Source of the DNA: Minisyncoccota bacterium | GTDB lineage: Bacteria; Patescibacteriota; Minisyncoccia; Phycocordibacterales; UBA12079 | Length of the DNA: 19,115 nucleotides | Assembly: GCA_023140255.1 (NCBI GenBank) | Contig: JAGLLX010000014.1 | Location: 1 to 19,115 of the forward strand | Reading direction: 5' to 3' | Part shown: positions 6,420 through 15,218 of the stretch, one piece after another | Layout of the letters: each line of letters begins with the position of its first letter | Position numbering within the stretch: the first letter of the stretch is position 1 | Position numbers and translations under genes: made by a program | Notes under the pieces: generated by a model | The model's database searches: none | What the model saw: the letters and a program-made list of their open reading frames with translations, nothing else | Told to the model about the DNA's origin: nothing

Positions 6420-6650
6420 ATGGAAAATATATCTAATTTATTACCTTATATACAAATAACATTATCAATTCTATTGGTAATCGTTATTTTACTACAACAA
6501 TCAGACGCTGGATTAGGTGGAGCTTTTGGAGGTGGAGATGACTTTTCTGGAGGACATACTAGACGAGGTTTTGAAAAAATTCTTTTTTATACTACTATAA
6601 TATTAAGTATCTTATTTGTAATTTCTGCTTTTTTGGCAATTATAATATAA
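6420..6650 (+). CDS. secG: Preprotein translocase subunit SecG
   Basis: 76 aa with two transmembrane helices separated by a glycine-rich loop. LQQSDAGLGGAFGGGDDFSGG follows the E. coli SecG pattern LQQGKGADMGASFGAG. Confidence 0.75.
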   Translation: MENISNLLPYIQITLSILLVIVILLQQSDAGLGGAFGGGDDFSGGHTRRGFEKILFYTTIILSILFVISAFLAIII

Positions 6651-6688
6651 GCTTATAACTATTTATTAAACCCTACATCATTTCTATG

Positions 6689-6715
6689 AATAAATTTTGC
6701 AAAGCAAAATTTATT
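6689..6715. promoter_or_regulatory. Perfect 12-bp inverted repeat AATAAATTTTGC-AAA-GCAAAATTTATT after secG; a weak AT-rich terminator or an operator
   Basis: Arms 6689-6700 / 6704-6715 read directly. Confidence 0.35.
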
Positions 6716-6753
6716 CTTAAATCTTATTTCTTAAATCTTAAATCTTAAATCTT
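6715..6753 (+). repeat. Tandem heptamer repeat (TCTTAAA)n, about 5.5 units (TCTTAAA TCTTATT TCTTAAA TCTTAAA TCTTAAA TCTT), ending 6 nt before the ATG of the solute-binding-protein gene
   Basis: Units at 6715-6721, 6722-6728, 6729-6735, 6736-6742, 6743-6749 and a partial unit at 6750-6753. Confidence 0.7.
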
Positions 6754-6758
6754 TTGTT

Positions 6759-8498
6759 ATGCTAAATAAAATAAAAACTATTTTTAACGATTTACTTAAA
6801 TCAAAAATAGAAAAAATTCCTAGTATATATAATTCTTTTTCAACAACTGAAAGAGTAATATTTTATATATTATTAATAATATTTTCACTTTCATCTATCT
6901 TTTTATATAAAAATATAAACGACAGATTCTTAGTACAAATCCCTGTTAAAGGAGGAAGTATTGCTGAAGGAGTAATAGGGTCTCCACGTTTTATTAACCC
7001 GATTCTAGCTACTTCAAAAGCAGACCAAGACTTAAGCACCTTAATTTATTCTGGTTTACTAAAATCTACTCCTAGTGGCAAATTAGTTACTGATCTAGCT
7101 GAAAGTTACGAAATATCAGAAGATAGGTATGTTTATACATTTAAACTAAAAGATGATTTAAAATTTCATGATGGAGAAAAAATAACAACTGAAGATATTG
7201 AATTTACAATCAATGCGACTCAAGATAATATTATTAAAAGTCCTAAAAGAGCAAATTGGGATGGAGTTGATGTAAAAAGATTAAATGATAAAGAAATTCA
7301 ATTTATTTTACCGCAACCTTATTCCCCTTTCTTAGAAAATCTTACTTTGGGTATTTTACCTAAACATATTTGGGGAGAAATAAGCTCTGAACAATTTGTT
7401 TTTAGTGAATTTAATATAGAACCGATTGGTTCAGGACCTTACAAAATAAAAAAAATTAAAAAAAGTTCTTCAGGGATATTAGAAAATTATTCTTTAGAAG
7501 CTTTTAAAAATTATGTTTTAGGCGAAGCATATATCAGTGAATTAATAATAAAATTCTATCCTAATGAAGAAGCTTTAATAAATGCTTTCAATAAAAATAA
7601 TGTCCAAAATATAAATTCTATAAGCCCAAATAAAATCAAAGATTTAGAATTAGATAAAAATGACGAAATACTTTCAAGCCCCTTACCTAGGATTTTTGGA
7701 ATATTTTTTAATCAAAATGAAAATCCTGTCTTTACAAATAAAGAAGTAAGGCTTGCCTTAAGCAGAGCCATAAATAAAAAACAAATTATAAATGAAGTCC
7801 TTTATAATTACGGAGTAAGTATAGACAGTCCTGTTCCTTCCAATTCAACATTTTATATCCCCAACTCTGATGAATCAAATAAAGGAATAGATTCTGCAAA
7901 AGAAATTCTAAAAGAAAATGGATGGGCATTGAATGAAGATGGTATCTTAGAAAAATTAACTAGAAAAAGCACTACTTTATTATCATTTTCTATTTCAACA
8001 GCTAACACACCTGAACTAAAAGCCACAGCTGAATTAATTAAATTAAGATGGGAGGAATTAGGAGCTCAGGTTCAATTAAAAATATATGAAATCGGTGATC
8101 TCAACCAAAATGTAATCCGCCCAAGACAATATGACTCTATATTATTTGGAGAAGTTATTGGTCGTGATATGGATTTATTTGCTTTTTGGCATTCTTCTCA
8201 AAGAAATGATCCTGGTTTGAATATTTCAATGTATACAAATATCACAGTAGATAATTTACTTGAAGAAATACGAATTACTGATAATACTGATGAACAAAAA
8301 ATAAAATTTGAAAAATTTCAAAAAGAAATATTTGAAGATGTCCCAGCAATATTTCTTTATTCACCACATTTTATATACATAAATTCCAAAAACACTAAAA
8401 ATAATTTTATAAAACAAATAACAATCCCATCAGAAAGATTTTTGGATATTAATAACTGGTATATTAAAACAGATAAAATCTGGAAAATATTCCTTTAA
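6759..8498 (+). CDS. Membrane-anchored extracellular solute-binding protein, family 5 (OppA/DppA-like peptide/nickel ABC transporter substrate-binding protein); no cognate permease or ATPase genes adjacent
   Basis: N-terminal transmembrane anchor. GSIAEGVIGSPRFINPILATSKADQDLSTLIYSGLLK...LAESYEISEDRYVYTFKLKDDLKFHDGEKITTEDIEFT matches the conserved N-terminal region of SBP_bac_5 proteins. Confidence 0.7.
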   Translation: MLNKIKTIFNDLLKSKIEKIPSIYNSFSTTERVIFYILLIIFSLSSIFLYKNINDRFLVQIPVKGGSIAEGVIGSPRFINPILATSKADQDLSTLIYSGLLKSTPSGKLVTDLAESYEISEDRYVYTFKLKDDLKFHDGEKITTEDIEFTINATQDNIIKSPKRANWDGVDVKRLNDKEIQFILPQPYSPFLENLTLGILPKHIWGEISSEQFVFSEFNIEPIGSGPYKIKKIKKSSSGILENYSLEAFKNYVLGEAYISELIIKFYPNEEALINAFNKNNVQNINSISPNKIKDLELDKNDEILSSPLPRIFGIFFNQNENPVFTNKEVRLALSRAINKKQIINEVLYNYGVSIDSPVPSNSTFYIPNSDESNKGIDSAKEILKENGWALNEDGILEKLTRKSTTLLSFSISTANTPELKATAELIKLRWEELGAQVQLKIYEIGDLNQNVIRPRQYDSILFGEVIGRDMDLFAFWHSSQRNDPGLNISMYTNITVDNLLEEIRITDNTDEQKIKFEKFQKEIFEDVPAIFLYSPHFIYINSKNTKNNFIKQITIPSERFLDINNWYIKTDKIWKIFL

Positions 8499-8533
8499 AA
8501 AAAATAAAGTAAAAAAATATTATTTATTAAAAC

Positions 8534-8549
8534 TACCCCTTGGGGGGTA
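8534..8549 (+). terminator. Short GC hairpin TACCCC-TTGG-GGGGTA after the solute-binding-protein gene; possible weak terminator
   Basis: Stem 8534-8539 / 8544-8549. The downstream sequence is T-rich but not a clean T-run. Confidence 0.3.
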
Positions 8550-8579
8550 AACTAATTTATTATTAAAATAGAAGTAATT

Positions 8580-10358
8580 ATGGATAAAAAAATAACTACA
8601 AACACAAGAAGAAAAACTCAAACACACAAGAAACCTAGAAAAAGTTCTCAATTTTCAAAAATTAAAAAAGTCGTGAAAATACCTGAACCTGAAAACATAA
8701 GAATTATTCCTTTAGGTGGATTTGAAGAAGTTGGGAAAAACATGGTAGCGATAGAAGACAAAAATAATATCATTATTTTTGATGCTGGAGTTCAATTTAC
8801 TTCTGAAGAAAGTGCACCTGGAATTGATTACATTCTTCCTAATACAAAATATTTAGAAGAACGAAAAAATAAGATTAAAGGCATTATAATCACTCATGGA
8901 CATTTAGATCATATAGGAGGAATACCTTTTATTATGGATAGAATTGGAAACCCCCCTCTTTATGCTAGTAATCTAACTACTCTTACCATTAAAAAAAGAA
9001 TGGAGGAATTTCCAACTAAACCTAAAATTAAATATAATATAGTTGAGGCTGGAGAAAAAGTAAAAATTGGAGATTTAAAAGTAAAATTTTTCCCTGTTAC
9101 TCATTCAATTCCAGAAGCTTTAGGTTCTTCAATAGAAACGCCTCAGGGGAATATAGTAATTACAGGGGATCTTAAACTAGAACATGAAGACGGTATCCCT
9201 TCAGATAAAGAATTAAAAACTTGGACAGCTTTAAGTAAAGATAAAAATTTACTTTTAATTGCTGATTCTACTAATGTTGAAAAACCGGGATATTCTATGC
9301 CTGAAAAAGTAGTTTATGACAGCATAGAACAAATTATTAAAAATACTAACGGGAGATTAATTATCGGAACTTTTGCATCTCAATTTGAAAGATTAATAAA
9401 AATTGTTTCTATAGCAGAGAAATACAATAAAAAAATAATTTTGGAAGGAAGGAGTATAAAAACTAATATGGAAATAGCAAAACTTTCTAAAATATTTATG
9501 CCTAAAAAAGGAACTATTATTTCATCAAATGAAATAAAAAATTATTCACCTGATAGATTAGTCATTTTAGCGACAGGTTCACAAGGTGAAGAATTTGCGG
9601 CCTTAATGAGAATGGCAATTAAACAACATAAAAATATATTCTTAAATGAAAGAGATACAGTAGTATTATCCTCTTCTGTTATTCCTGGAAACGAGGTTTC
9701 TGTTAGAAGACTACAAGATAACCTTTATAGACATGATTTAAAAGTAATTCATTATAGAGTAGCTGACGTTCACTCTACTGGACATGGAAATGCTCAGGAA
9801 TTAGCTTGGATAAATACTCAAGTAAATGCTAAATTTTTTATTCCTGGATACGGGCATCATTCTATGCTTAAAATTCATGCCGGAATAGCAAAATCAATAG
9901 GAGTTCCTGCAGCAAATATAGTTGTTCCTGACAACGGAAGTCTAATTGAAATAACAAAAGATAATAAAATAAAAGTCTTAAAAGAAACAGCCCCTTCAGG
10001 GCTAATGATGGTAGACGGATTTTCTATCGGAGATATGCAAGAAGTTGTTGTTAGAGATAGACAAAATCTTGCTCAAGACGGGATATTCGTTGTTATTGCT
10101 ACTTTAGATATAAAATCAGGTGAATTAAGAAAATCACCTGATATTATATCAAGAGGTTTTATCTACCTTCGTGAATCAAAAGATTTACTAAAACAAGCTC
10201 GCTATCTTACAAAAAAAACAGTGGAAGGTAATGCTAAAAAAATGAAACCTATTGACTTTGATATCATTAAAAAAGAAGTGGCTGATAATGTAGGAAGGTA
10301 CTTATTTCAAATGACTAATAAAAAACCAATTATAATTCCTGTTATTTTGGGAGTGTAG
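8580..10358 (+). CDS. rnj: Ribonuclease J (metallo-beta-lactamase / beta-CASP family) with an N-terminal lysine/arginine-rich extension of about 38 aa
   Basis: IRIIPLGGFEEVGKNM and the HGHLDHIGG zinc-binding motif are present, and the beta-CASP and C-terminal domain order is conserved. Confidence 0.9.
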   Translation: MDKKITTNTRRKTQTHKKPRKSSQFSKIKKVVKIPEPENIRIIPLGGFEEVGKNMVAIEDKNNIIIFDAGVQFTSEESAPGIDYILPNTKYLEERKNKIKGIIITHGHLDHIGGIPFIMDRIGNPPLYASNLTTLTIKKRMEEFPTKPKIKYNIVEAGEKVKIGDLKVKFFPVTHSIPEALGSSIETPQGNIVITGDLKLEHEDGIPSDKELKTWTALSKDKNLLLIADSTNVEKPGYSMPEKVVYDSIEQIIKNTNGRLIIGTFASQFERLIKIVSIAEKYNKKIILEGRSIKTNMEIAKLSKIFMPKKGTIISSNEIKNYSPDRLVILATGSQGEEFAALMRMAIKQHKNIFLNERDTVVLSSSVIPGNEVSVRRLQDNLYRHDLKVIHYRVADVHSTGHGNAQELAWINTQVNAKFFIPGYGHHSMLKIHAGIAKSIGVPAANIVVPDNGSLIEITKDNKIKVLKETAPSGLMMVDGFSIGDMQEVVVRDRQNLAQDGIFVVIATLDIKSGELRKSPDIISRGFIYLRESKDLLKQARYLTKKTVEGNAKKMKPIDFDIIKKEVADNVGRYLFQMTNKKPIIIPVILGV

Positions 10359-10391
10359 AAATCATTAAAACACAAAAACATTAAAACAAAT

Positions 10392-10432
10392 GACAGATTT
10401 TGGCGAGGCCAAAATCTGTCTGTTTTAATTTT
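10392..10432 (+). terminator. Rho-independent terminator of rnj: 13-bp stem GACAGATTTTGGC/GCCAAAATCTGTC, loop GAG, then TGTTTTAATTTT
   Basis: Arms 10392-10404 / 10408-10420 and the T-rich tail read directly. Confidence 0.65.
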
Positions 10433-10482
10433 CTTGTGCCTGCCTGCCGACATAGATAAGTTCTAGTGTTCTAGTGCTTTAA

Positions 10483-10491
10483 TGTTATAAT
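10483..10491 (+). promoter_or_regulatory. Extended -10 TGTTATAAT ending 7 nt before the MFS ATG; leaderless transcript likely
   Basis: TATAAT at 10486-10491 with TG at 10483-10484. ATG at 10499. No Shine-Dalgarno sequence. Confidence 0.4.
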
Positions 10492-10498
10492 ATAGTTT

Positions 10499-11650
10499 AT
10501 GAAAAAGAAATTACGTTTAGTTATCTACATATTAGGGTTATTATTTGCGTTACAAGTAGCTCTACCAGGATACATTAACTCTAGTTTTATAGGACAATTT
10601 GTTCCTGAAAAAATAATCGGTATTTTATATACAATTAGCTCTATTATAGCAATAATCTGCCTTACTTTTGCCCCTAGATTATTAAGAAAAATTGGAAATT
10701 ACTCAATGATTTTTATTCTATCTATAATAAGTATTATTTCTTTACTTATCTTAGCCTTTAGCCAAAGTATTTATTTTATATTACCTGTTTTTATTATTTA
10801 TTTAACTATTCACGTTATTATAGCCTTAAATTTTGATATTTTATTAGAAAAACAATCATCTGACAGTAATACAGGAAATATTCGTGGTTTATATTTAACA
10901 ATTAGTAATTTAGCTTGGGTTGTGTCCCCTCTTATAGTAGGAACATTATTAACTAATGGCGACTATTGGAAAGTTTACGGGTTAGCTTCACTAACAATAA
11001 TTCCTGCTATTATTCTCTTGTCTTATTATTTCAAAGATTTTAAAGATCCTGTTTATATAAATACGCCTTTCTGGAAAACACTAAAAAAACTATTTAAATT
11101 AAAAAATATCTATAAAATATTTGCTATAAATACTCTGCTACAATTTTTTTATTCTTGGATGGTTATTTATACACCTATTTATTTGCACAAATATATGGGG
11201 TTAGATTGGAAAGCTATTGGATTTATTTTTACTATAATGCTTTTGCCATTTTTATTTTTTCAATTACCTTTGGGTATTTTAGCCGACAAAAAATTTGGAG
11301 AAAAAGAAATTTTAAATATCGCTATCATTATCTTAGGAATAACTACGATAACTCTTTCTTTTGTAACAACAAACACTGTTTGGGTTTGGGCAACGTTACT
11401 TTTTATAACAAGAATTGGAGCAAGTTCTGTAAATATAATGTCAGAAACATATTTCTTTAAAAAAGTTGATGCTAAAGATTCAGATATCATAAGTTTTTTT
11501 AGAATGGCAAAACCAATTGCTTACATACTTGGTCCAGCATTAGCTTCTTTAACTATATTTCTAATTGATTTCCGTTATATATTTTTAGTTTTAGGATTAA
11601 TTATGTTAACTGGACTGAAGTATTCATTAACGATTGAAGACACTTTATAA
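10499..11650 (+). CDS. MFS-type transporter (major facilitator superfamily), 383 aa
   Basis: About 12 hydrophobic segments. MFS-like loop motifs APRLLRKIGNYS (between TM2 and TM3) and GILADKKFGEKE (second half). Confidence 0.65.
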   Translation: MKKKLRLVIYILGLLFALQVALPGYINSSFIGQFVPEKIIGILYTISSIIAIICLTFAPRLLRKIGNYSMIFILSIISIISLLILAFSQSIYFILPVFIIYLTIHVIIALNFDILLEKQSSDSNTGNIRGLYLTISNLAWVVSPLIVGTLLTNGDYWKVYGLASLTIIPAIILLSYYFKDFKDPVYINTPFWKTLKKLFKLKNIYKIFAINTLLQFFYSWMVIYTPIYLHKYMGLDWKAIGFIFTIMLLPFLFFQLPLGILADKKFGEKEILNIAIIILGITTITLSFVTTNTVWVWATLLFITRIGASSVNIMSETYFFKKVDAKDSDIISFFRMAKPIAYILGPALASLTIFLIDFRYIFLVLGLIMLTGLKYSLTIEDTL

Positions 11651-11675
11651 AAAAGTTCCAAAATTATAATCAAAA

Positions 11676-11710
11676 ACAAACCTGCCGGCATAGGCAGGTT
11701 TGTCATTTTT
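11676..11710. terminator. Bidirectional rho-independent terminator between the convergent MFS gene and aspS: 11-bp stem (AAAAACCTGCC/GGCAGGTTTGT) with A-run upstream and T-run downstream
   Basis: Stem 11676-11686 / 11693-11703 with loop GGCATA. + strand tail CATTTTT (11704-11710). The reverse strand reads hairpin then GTTTTTG. Confidence 0.6.
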
Positions 11711-11721
11711 AGTCTTATTTT

Positions 11722-11768
11722 AAGCCCTGCTAAATGGCTCACTTTTTTGAGCCATTTAATTTTTTAGC
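11722..11768 (+). repeat. Second copy of the REP-like element (AAGCCCTGCTAAATGGCTCA...), here a 10-bp hairpin TAAATGGCTC/GAGCCATTTA with a T-rich loop, followed by ATTTTTT
   Basis: The 20-mer at 11722-11741 matches 962-981 with one mismatch. Hairpin arms 11731-11740 / 11749-11758. Confidence 0.45.
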
Positions 11769-11788
11769 TATGTTTTAATCCCTATATT

Positions 11789-13213
11789 TTAATTTTCTAC
11801 ACTATTATCAAACTTAATTTTAAGTTCTTTCAATTGTGCTTCTGATATATTAGCAGGAGAATTCATCATTAAATCCCTTCCTTCTCCTGTCTTCGCGAAA
11901 GGAATAACTTCACGAATAGAAGATTCTCCTAATAAAATTGTGACTAAACGATCAAGGCCCCAAGCAATTCCACCATGAGGAGGAGTTCCGTATTTCATAG
12001 CTTCTAAGAAATATCCAAAATTATTTTGCATTTCCTCATCAGAGTACCCTAATATCTCTAAAACGCTTTTCAAAGCCTCCAATTTATGATTTCTGATACT
12101 TCCTCCCCCTATCTCAAATCCATTCAAAGCAACATCGTACTGAGTGGCAATAATTTCCCCCACATTTTTTTTAGCCATTAAGTCATCCATATATTCATCC
12201 TTAGGGGCTGAAAATGGATTATGAGTAAAAGTCCATTCTCCTTCTGCTTGAGGATTATCTGAGTCTTTTGTTTTTTCAAAAAAAGGAAAATCAACTACCC
12301 AACAAAAAGCTAGCAAATCTGAATTATTCTTATCCTTTCTTAAATCAGGTCTATCAGTTCCATATTTTTCCATAGACTCTTTATAACTAATAACAGGAAA
12401 TGGCTTTTCTTGAATAGTTTTTTCAGGAAAATATTTTTCTACTATTCTAATAAGCAACTCTTCGTTTAATTTCATTATTTCTTCTTGGGTAGCAAAACTC
12501 ATCTCTAAATCCATTTGAGTAAATTCTGGTTGTCTATCACTTCTAGTGTCCTCATCTCTAAAACATTTAACTATTTGAAAATATCTTTCAAACCCGCCCA
12601 TCATCAAAAGTTGTTTGTATTGCTGAGGCGCTTGAGGAAGAGCATAAAAAGTCCCAGGATAAACCCTCGAAGGAACCACAAAGTCCCTTGCTCCCTCTGG
12701 AGTTGATTTTGATAGAATAGAAGTCTCAATTTCTGTAAAATCTTTTCTTTCTAATTCATCTCGAATAAATTTAACAATCTTTCCTCTCATTTTAATATTT
12801 TTATTCATCCGAGACCTTCTTAAATCTAAATATCTATATTTTAAACGATTTTCTTCTCCTATTTCATGCCCATCAGACAAAACATCAAATGGTGGAGTTT
12901 TTGCTTCATTCAAAACTTTTATTTCTAGAATTTCAATTTCTAATTCTCCATTCAATTCGTCTGCATTTACCATTTTTTCAGGTCTTTTGTTTACCTTTCC
13001 TTTTATTTCTAAAACCCATTCAGGACGAATTTTATTAGCTATTTCGCTTGCTTCTTGGTGGTTAGGCAGAGCTACCATTTGCACCATCCCAGTTCTATCT
13101 CGCAAATCAATAAAAATTAATTTCCCATGATCTCTACGAACATTCACCCACCCCAAAATCGTAACTTCTTGCTCAATATTATCTTTCAAATCTTTTATAT
13201 ATGTTCTTGTCAT
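11789..13213 (-). CDS. aspS: Aspartate--tRNA ligase, bacterial-type catalytic core, apparently lacking the GAD insertion domain (474 aa)
   Basis: Class II motifs QAPQQYKQ (QSPQ-like), FRDEDTRSDRQPEFTQMD and GGGSIRNHK. The segment between DRPDLR and VVDFPFFE is short, where the E. coli enzyme carries the GAD domain. Confidence 0.9.
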   Translation of the reverse strand: MTRTYIKDLKDNIEQEVTILGWVNVRRDHGKLIFIDLRDRTGMVQMVALPNHQEASEIANKIRPEWVLEIKGKVNKRPEKMVNADELNGELEIEILEIKVLNEAKTPPFDVLSDGHEIGEENRLKYRYLDLRRSRMNKNIKMRGKIVKFIRDELERKDFTEIETSILSKSTPEGARDFVVPSRVYPGTFYALPQAPQQYKQLLMMGGFERYFQIVKCFRDEDTRSDRQPEFTQMDLEMSFATQEEIMKLNEELLIRIVEKYFPEKTIQEKPFPVISYKESMEKYGTDRPDLRKDKNNSDLLAFCWVVDFPFFEKTKDSDNPQAEGEWTFTHNPFSAPKDEYMDDLMAKKNVGEIIATQYDVALNGFEIGGGSIRNHKLEALKSVLEILGYSDEEMQNNFGYFLEAMKYGTPPHGGIAWGLDRLVTILLGESSIREVIPFAKTGEGRDLMMNSPANISEAQLKELKIKFDNSVEN

Positions 13214-13248
13214 ATTTTTATTTTATTTAATTTACTTATTAAAATTAC

Positions 13249-14217
13249 TTAAATAGCTAAAGAAACTATATAAATAATAAACACAAAATACAAGAAAATA
13301 AGGGTTGCTCCTTGTTTCTTGCACAAAGTACGATCATCAGCAAAGAAATATAATATCAATATTACTGAAGCTAATAATCCAAAAATAATCTCTAAATTTA
13401 TAAATTCTATCAAAACAGGACCTTTATATATAACATAAATTAAAAGTGGTAACCCTATCCCGATAAGAATATCAAAAATATTTGAGCCAAAGACATTTGA
13501 AGTAGCACTATCAATATCCCCCTTTTTTGCGTTTACAACAGAAATAATCATATCAGGGACAGAAGTAGCAGTAGCGATTATTGTAAAGGCTATAATAATT
13601 GAAGGTATCCCTAAGGCAGCAGAAAGATTTATAGCTGAGTTAGTAAGGAAAAAAGTAACTATCCCAATAGCAAACATAGATAAAAAGAAAATAGAAAGTT
13701 CTTTAGATAATTTTATCTTCTGTATTGTTTTTTGCTCCAACTCTTTCTTGTAAGCTCTTGCATTGCTAATAATATCTTTGAGATAGAAAAAATAAATTCC
13801 TAGTAACAAAAGAGCTATTCCCAATCCCCAAACTTGGTAATAAACAAGCAAAACTATTAAAGTGAAGACAGCAATCATATAAAATAAAGCGTCTCTACTA
13901 ATTACTTTTTTAGAAACCTTAAAGGGCACGGGGGCTACAAAAACACAAATTCCAGGAATAATAAGCAAGTTAAATAACGCCGATCCAGCAATAGTTCCTA
14001 TTCCCACTTCAAATTGTTGAAAGAAAACTACAGAATACAAAACTACCAACAATTCAGGTAACGAACTAGAAATAGCATCAAAAGTAGCCCCTTTGACATC
14101 ACGAGGCAATTTAAAATAATCCCCTATTCTAGAAGAGGTATTTGCAAATTTTTTACCTGCAAAATATATAATAATACTAGAAAGCAGTATTATCCCTAAA
14201 TTCATTGTTATTGTCAT
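13249..14217 (-). CDS. Ca2+/Na+ antiporter of the CaCA family (YrbG-like)
   Basis: Two alpha-repeats: GATFDAISSSLPELLVVL and ATATSVPDMIISVVNAKKGDIDSATSNVFGSNIFDILIGIG. About 10 transmembrane helices. Confidence 0.8.
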   Translation of the reverse strand: MTITMNLGIILLSSIIIYFAGKKFANTSSRIGDYFKLPRDVKGATFDAISSSLPELLVVLYSVVFFQQFEVGIGTIAGSALFNLLIIPGICVFVAPVPFKVSKKVISRDALFYMIAVFTLIVLLVYYQVWGLGIALLLLGIYFFYLKDIISNARAYKKELEQKTIQKIKLSKELSIFFLSMFAIGIVTFFLTNSAINLSAALGIPSIIIAFTIIATATSVPDMIISVVNAKKGDIDSATSNVFGSNIFDILIGIGLPLLIYVIYKGPVLIEFINLEIIFGLLASVILILYFFADDRTLCKKQGATLIFLYFVFIIYIVSLAI

Positions 14218-14246
14218 ATAAATGTTATATTAGCCTAATCTCATCT

Positions 14247-15218
14247 TTATATCAAACCCACTTTCTTCCTTACCTCTTTCATCTTTTCTTCCGCTCTTTG
14301 TCTAGCTACTTCCCCACCTTTGTTTAAAATTTCTATTATTTTATCTGGATTTTTGGCGATTTCCTTTCTTTTTTCCCTTAAAGGACCAATAAAATCTTGA
14401 ATATTTTTTACTAAAATATCTTTTGATTCTTTATAACCCATTCCTCCTTCTACATATTTTTTTCTTATCTCCCCTAACTCATCTTCTGTGCTAAATAATT
14501 TGTGTAAAGCAAAAACATTACATTCTTCAGGATCTTTTGATTCCAATATATCTTTTGAATCTGTTGGAATACTCATCACCGCTTTATGAATTTCTTCGTC
14601 TTCAGCAAAAAGCTCAATCGTGTTTCCATAACTCTTGCTCATTTTTTGGCCATCTGTTCCTTGAACAACTTCTACTCCTGACACTAATTTAGATTTAGGC
14701 AATTTGAAAGTTTCTCCAAATATCTTATTAAATTTTTCAGCAATATCTCTCGCCATTTCAACATGTTGAATTTGATCTTTCCCCACAGGAACAAGGTCGG
14801 TATCTTGAATTAAAATATCTGCCGCCATTAAAATTGGATAATCAAAAACACCAATATTAATATCTTTATTTTTAGCCTCAGAATCTTTAAAAGCATGTGC
14901 TCTCATTAAATAAGGCATTGTGGTGATGCAATTAAAAATCCAAGTTAATTCTGTTACTTGAGGCACATCTGATTGTTTAAATAAATTAACTTTTTCCGGG
15001 TCTAAACCAATCGCTAGAAAATCTATCACAACATCTAAAGTGTCTCTCTGCATATCTTCTGCTGAATGAACAGAAGTTAAAGCATGATAATTAGGAATAA
15101 ACGGAAAAGAATCATATTCTTCCTGCATATCCACTATTTGTTTCATCATACCAAAATAATTTCCTATATGAGGTCTCCCTGTTGGTTTTATTCCTGATAA
15201 TAATATTTTCTTATTCAT
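14247..15218 (-). CDS. trpS: Tryptophan--tRNA ligase
   Basis: Class I motifs GIKPTGRPHIGNY (the HIGH region of the TrpRS type) and KMSKS, and its length of 323 aa. Confidence 0.9.
   Translation of the reverse strand: MNKKILLSGIKPTGRPHIGNYFGMMKQIVDMQEEYDSFPFIPNYHALTSVHSAEDMQRDTLDVVIDFLAIGLDPEKVNLFKQSDVPQVTELTWIFNCITTMPYLMRAHAFKDSEAKNKDINIGVFDYPILMAADILIQDTDLVPVGKDQIQHVEMARDIAEKFNKIFGETFKLPKSKLVSGVEVVQGTDGQKMSKSYGNTIELFAEDEEIHKAVMSIPTDSKDILESKDPEECNVFALHKLFSTEDELGEIRKKYVEGGMGYKESKDILVKNIQDFIGPLREKRKEIAKNPDKIIEILNKGGEVARQRAEEKMKEVRKKVGLI

Noticed and set aside
11155-11490. Two overlapping ORFs (101 aa + and 76 aa -) inside the MFS gene
   Set aside because: Alternative frames of a convincing multi-transmembrane MFS coding region with no independent signals.
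12515-12706. 63-aa + ORF inside aspS
   Set aside because: Antisense to aspS with a basic low-complexity translation.
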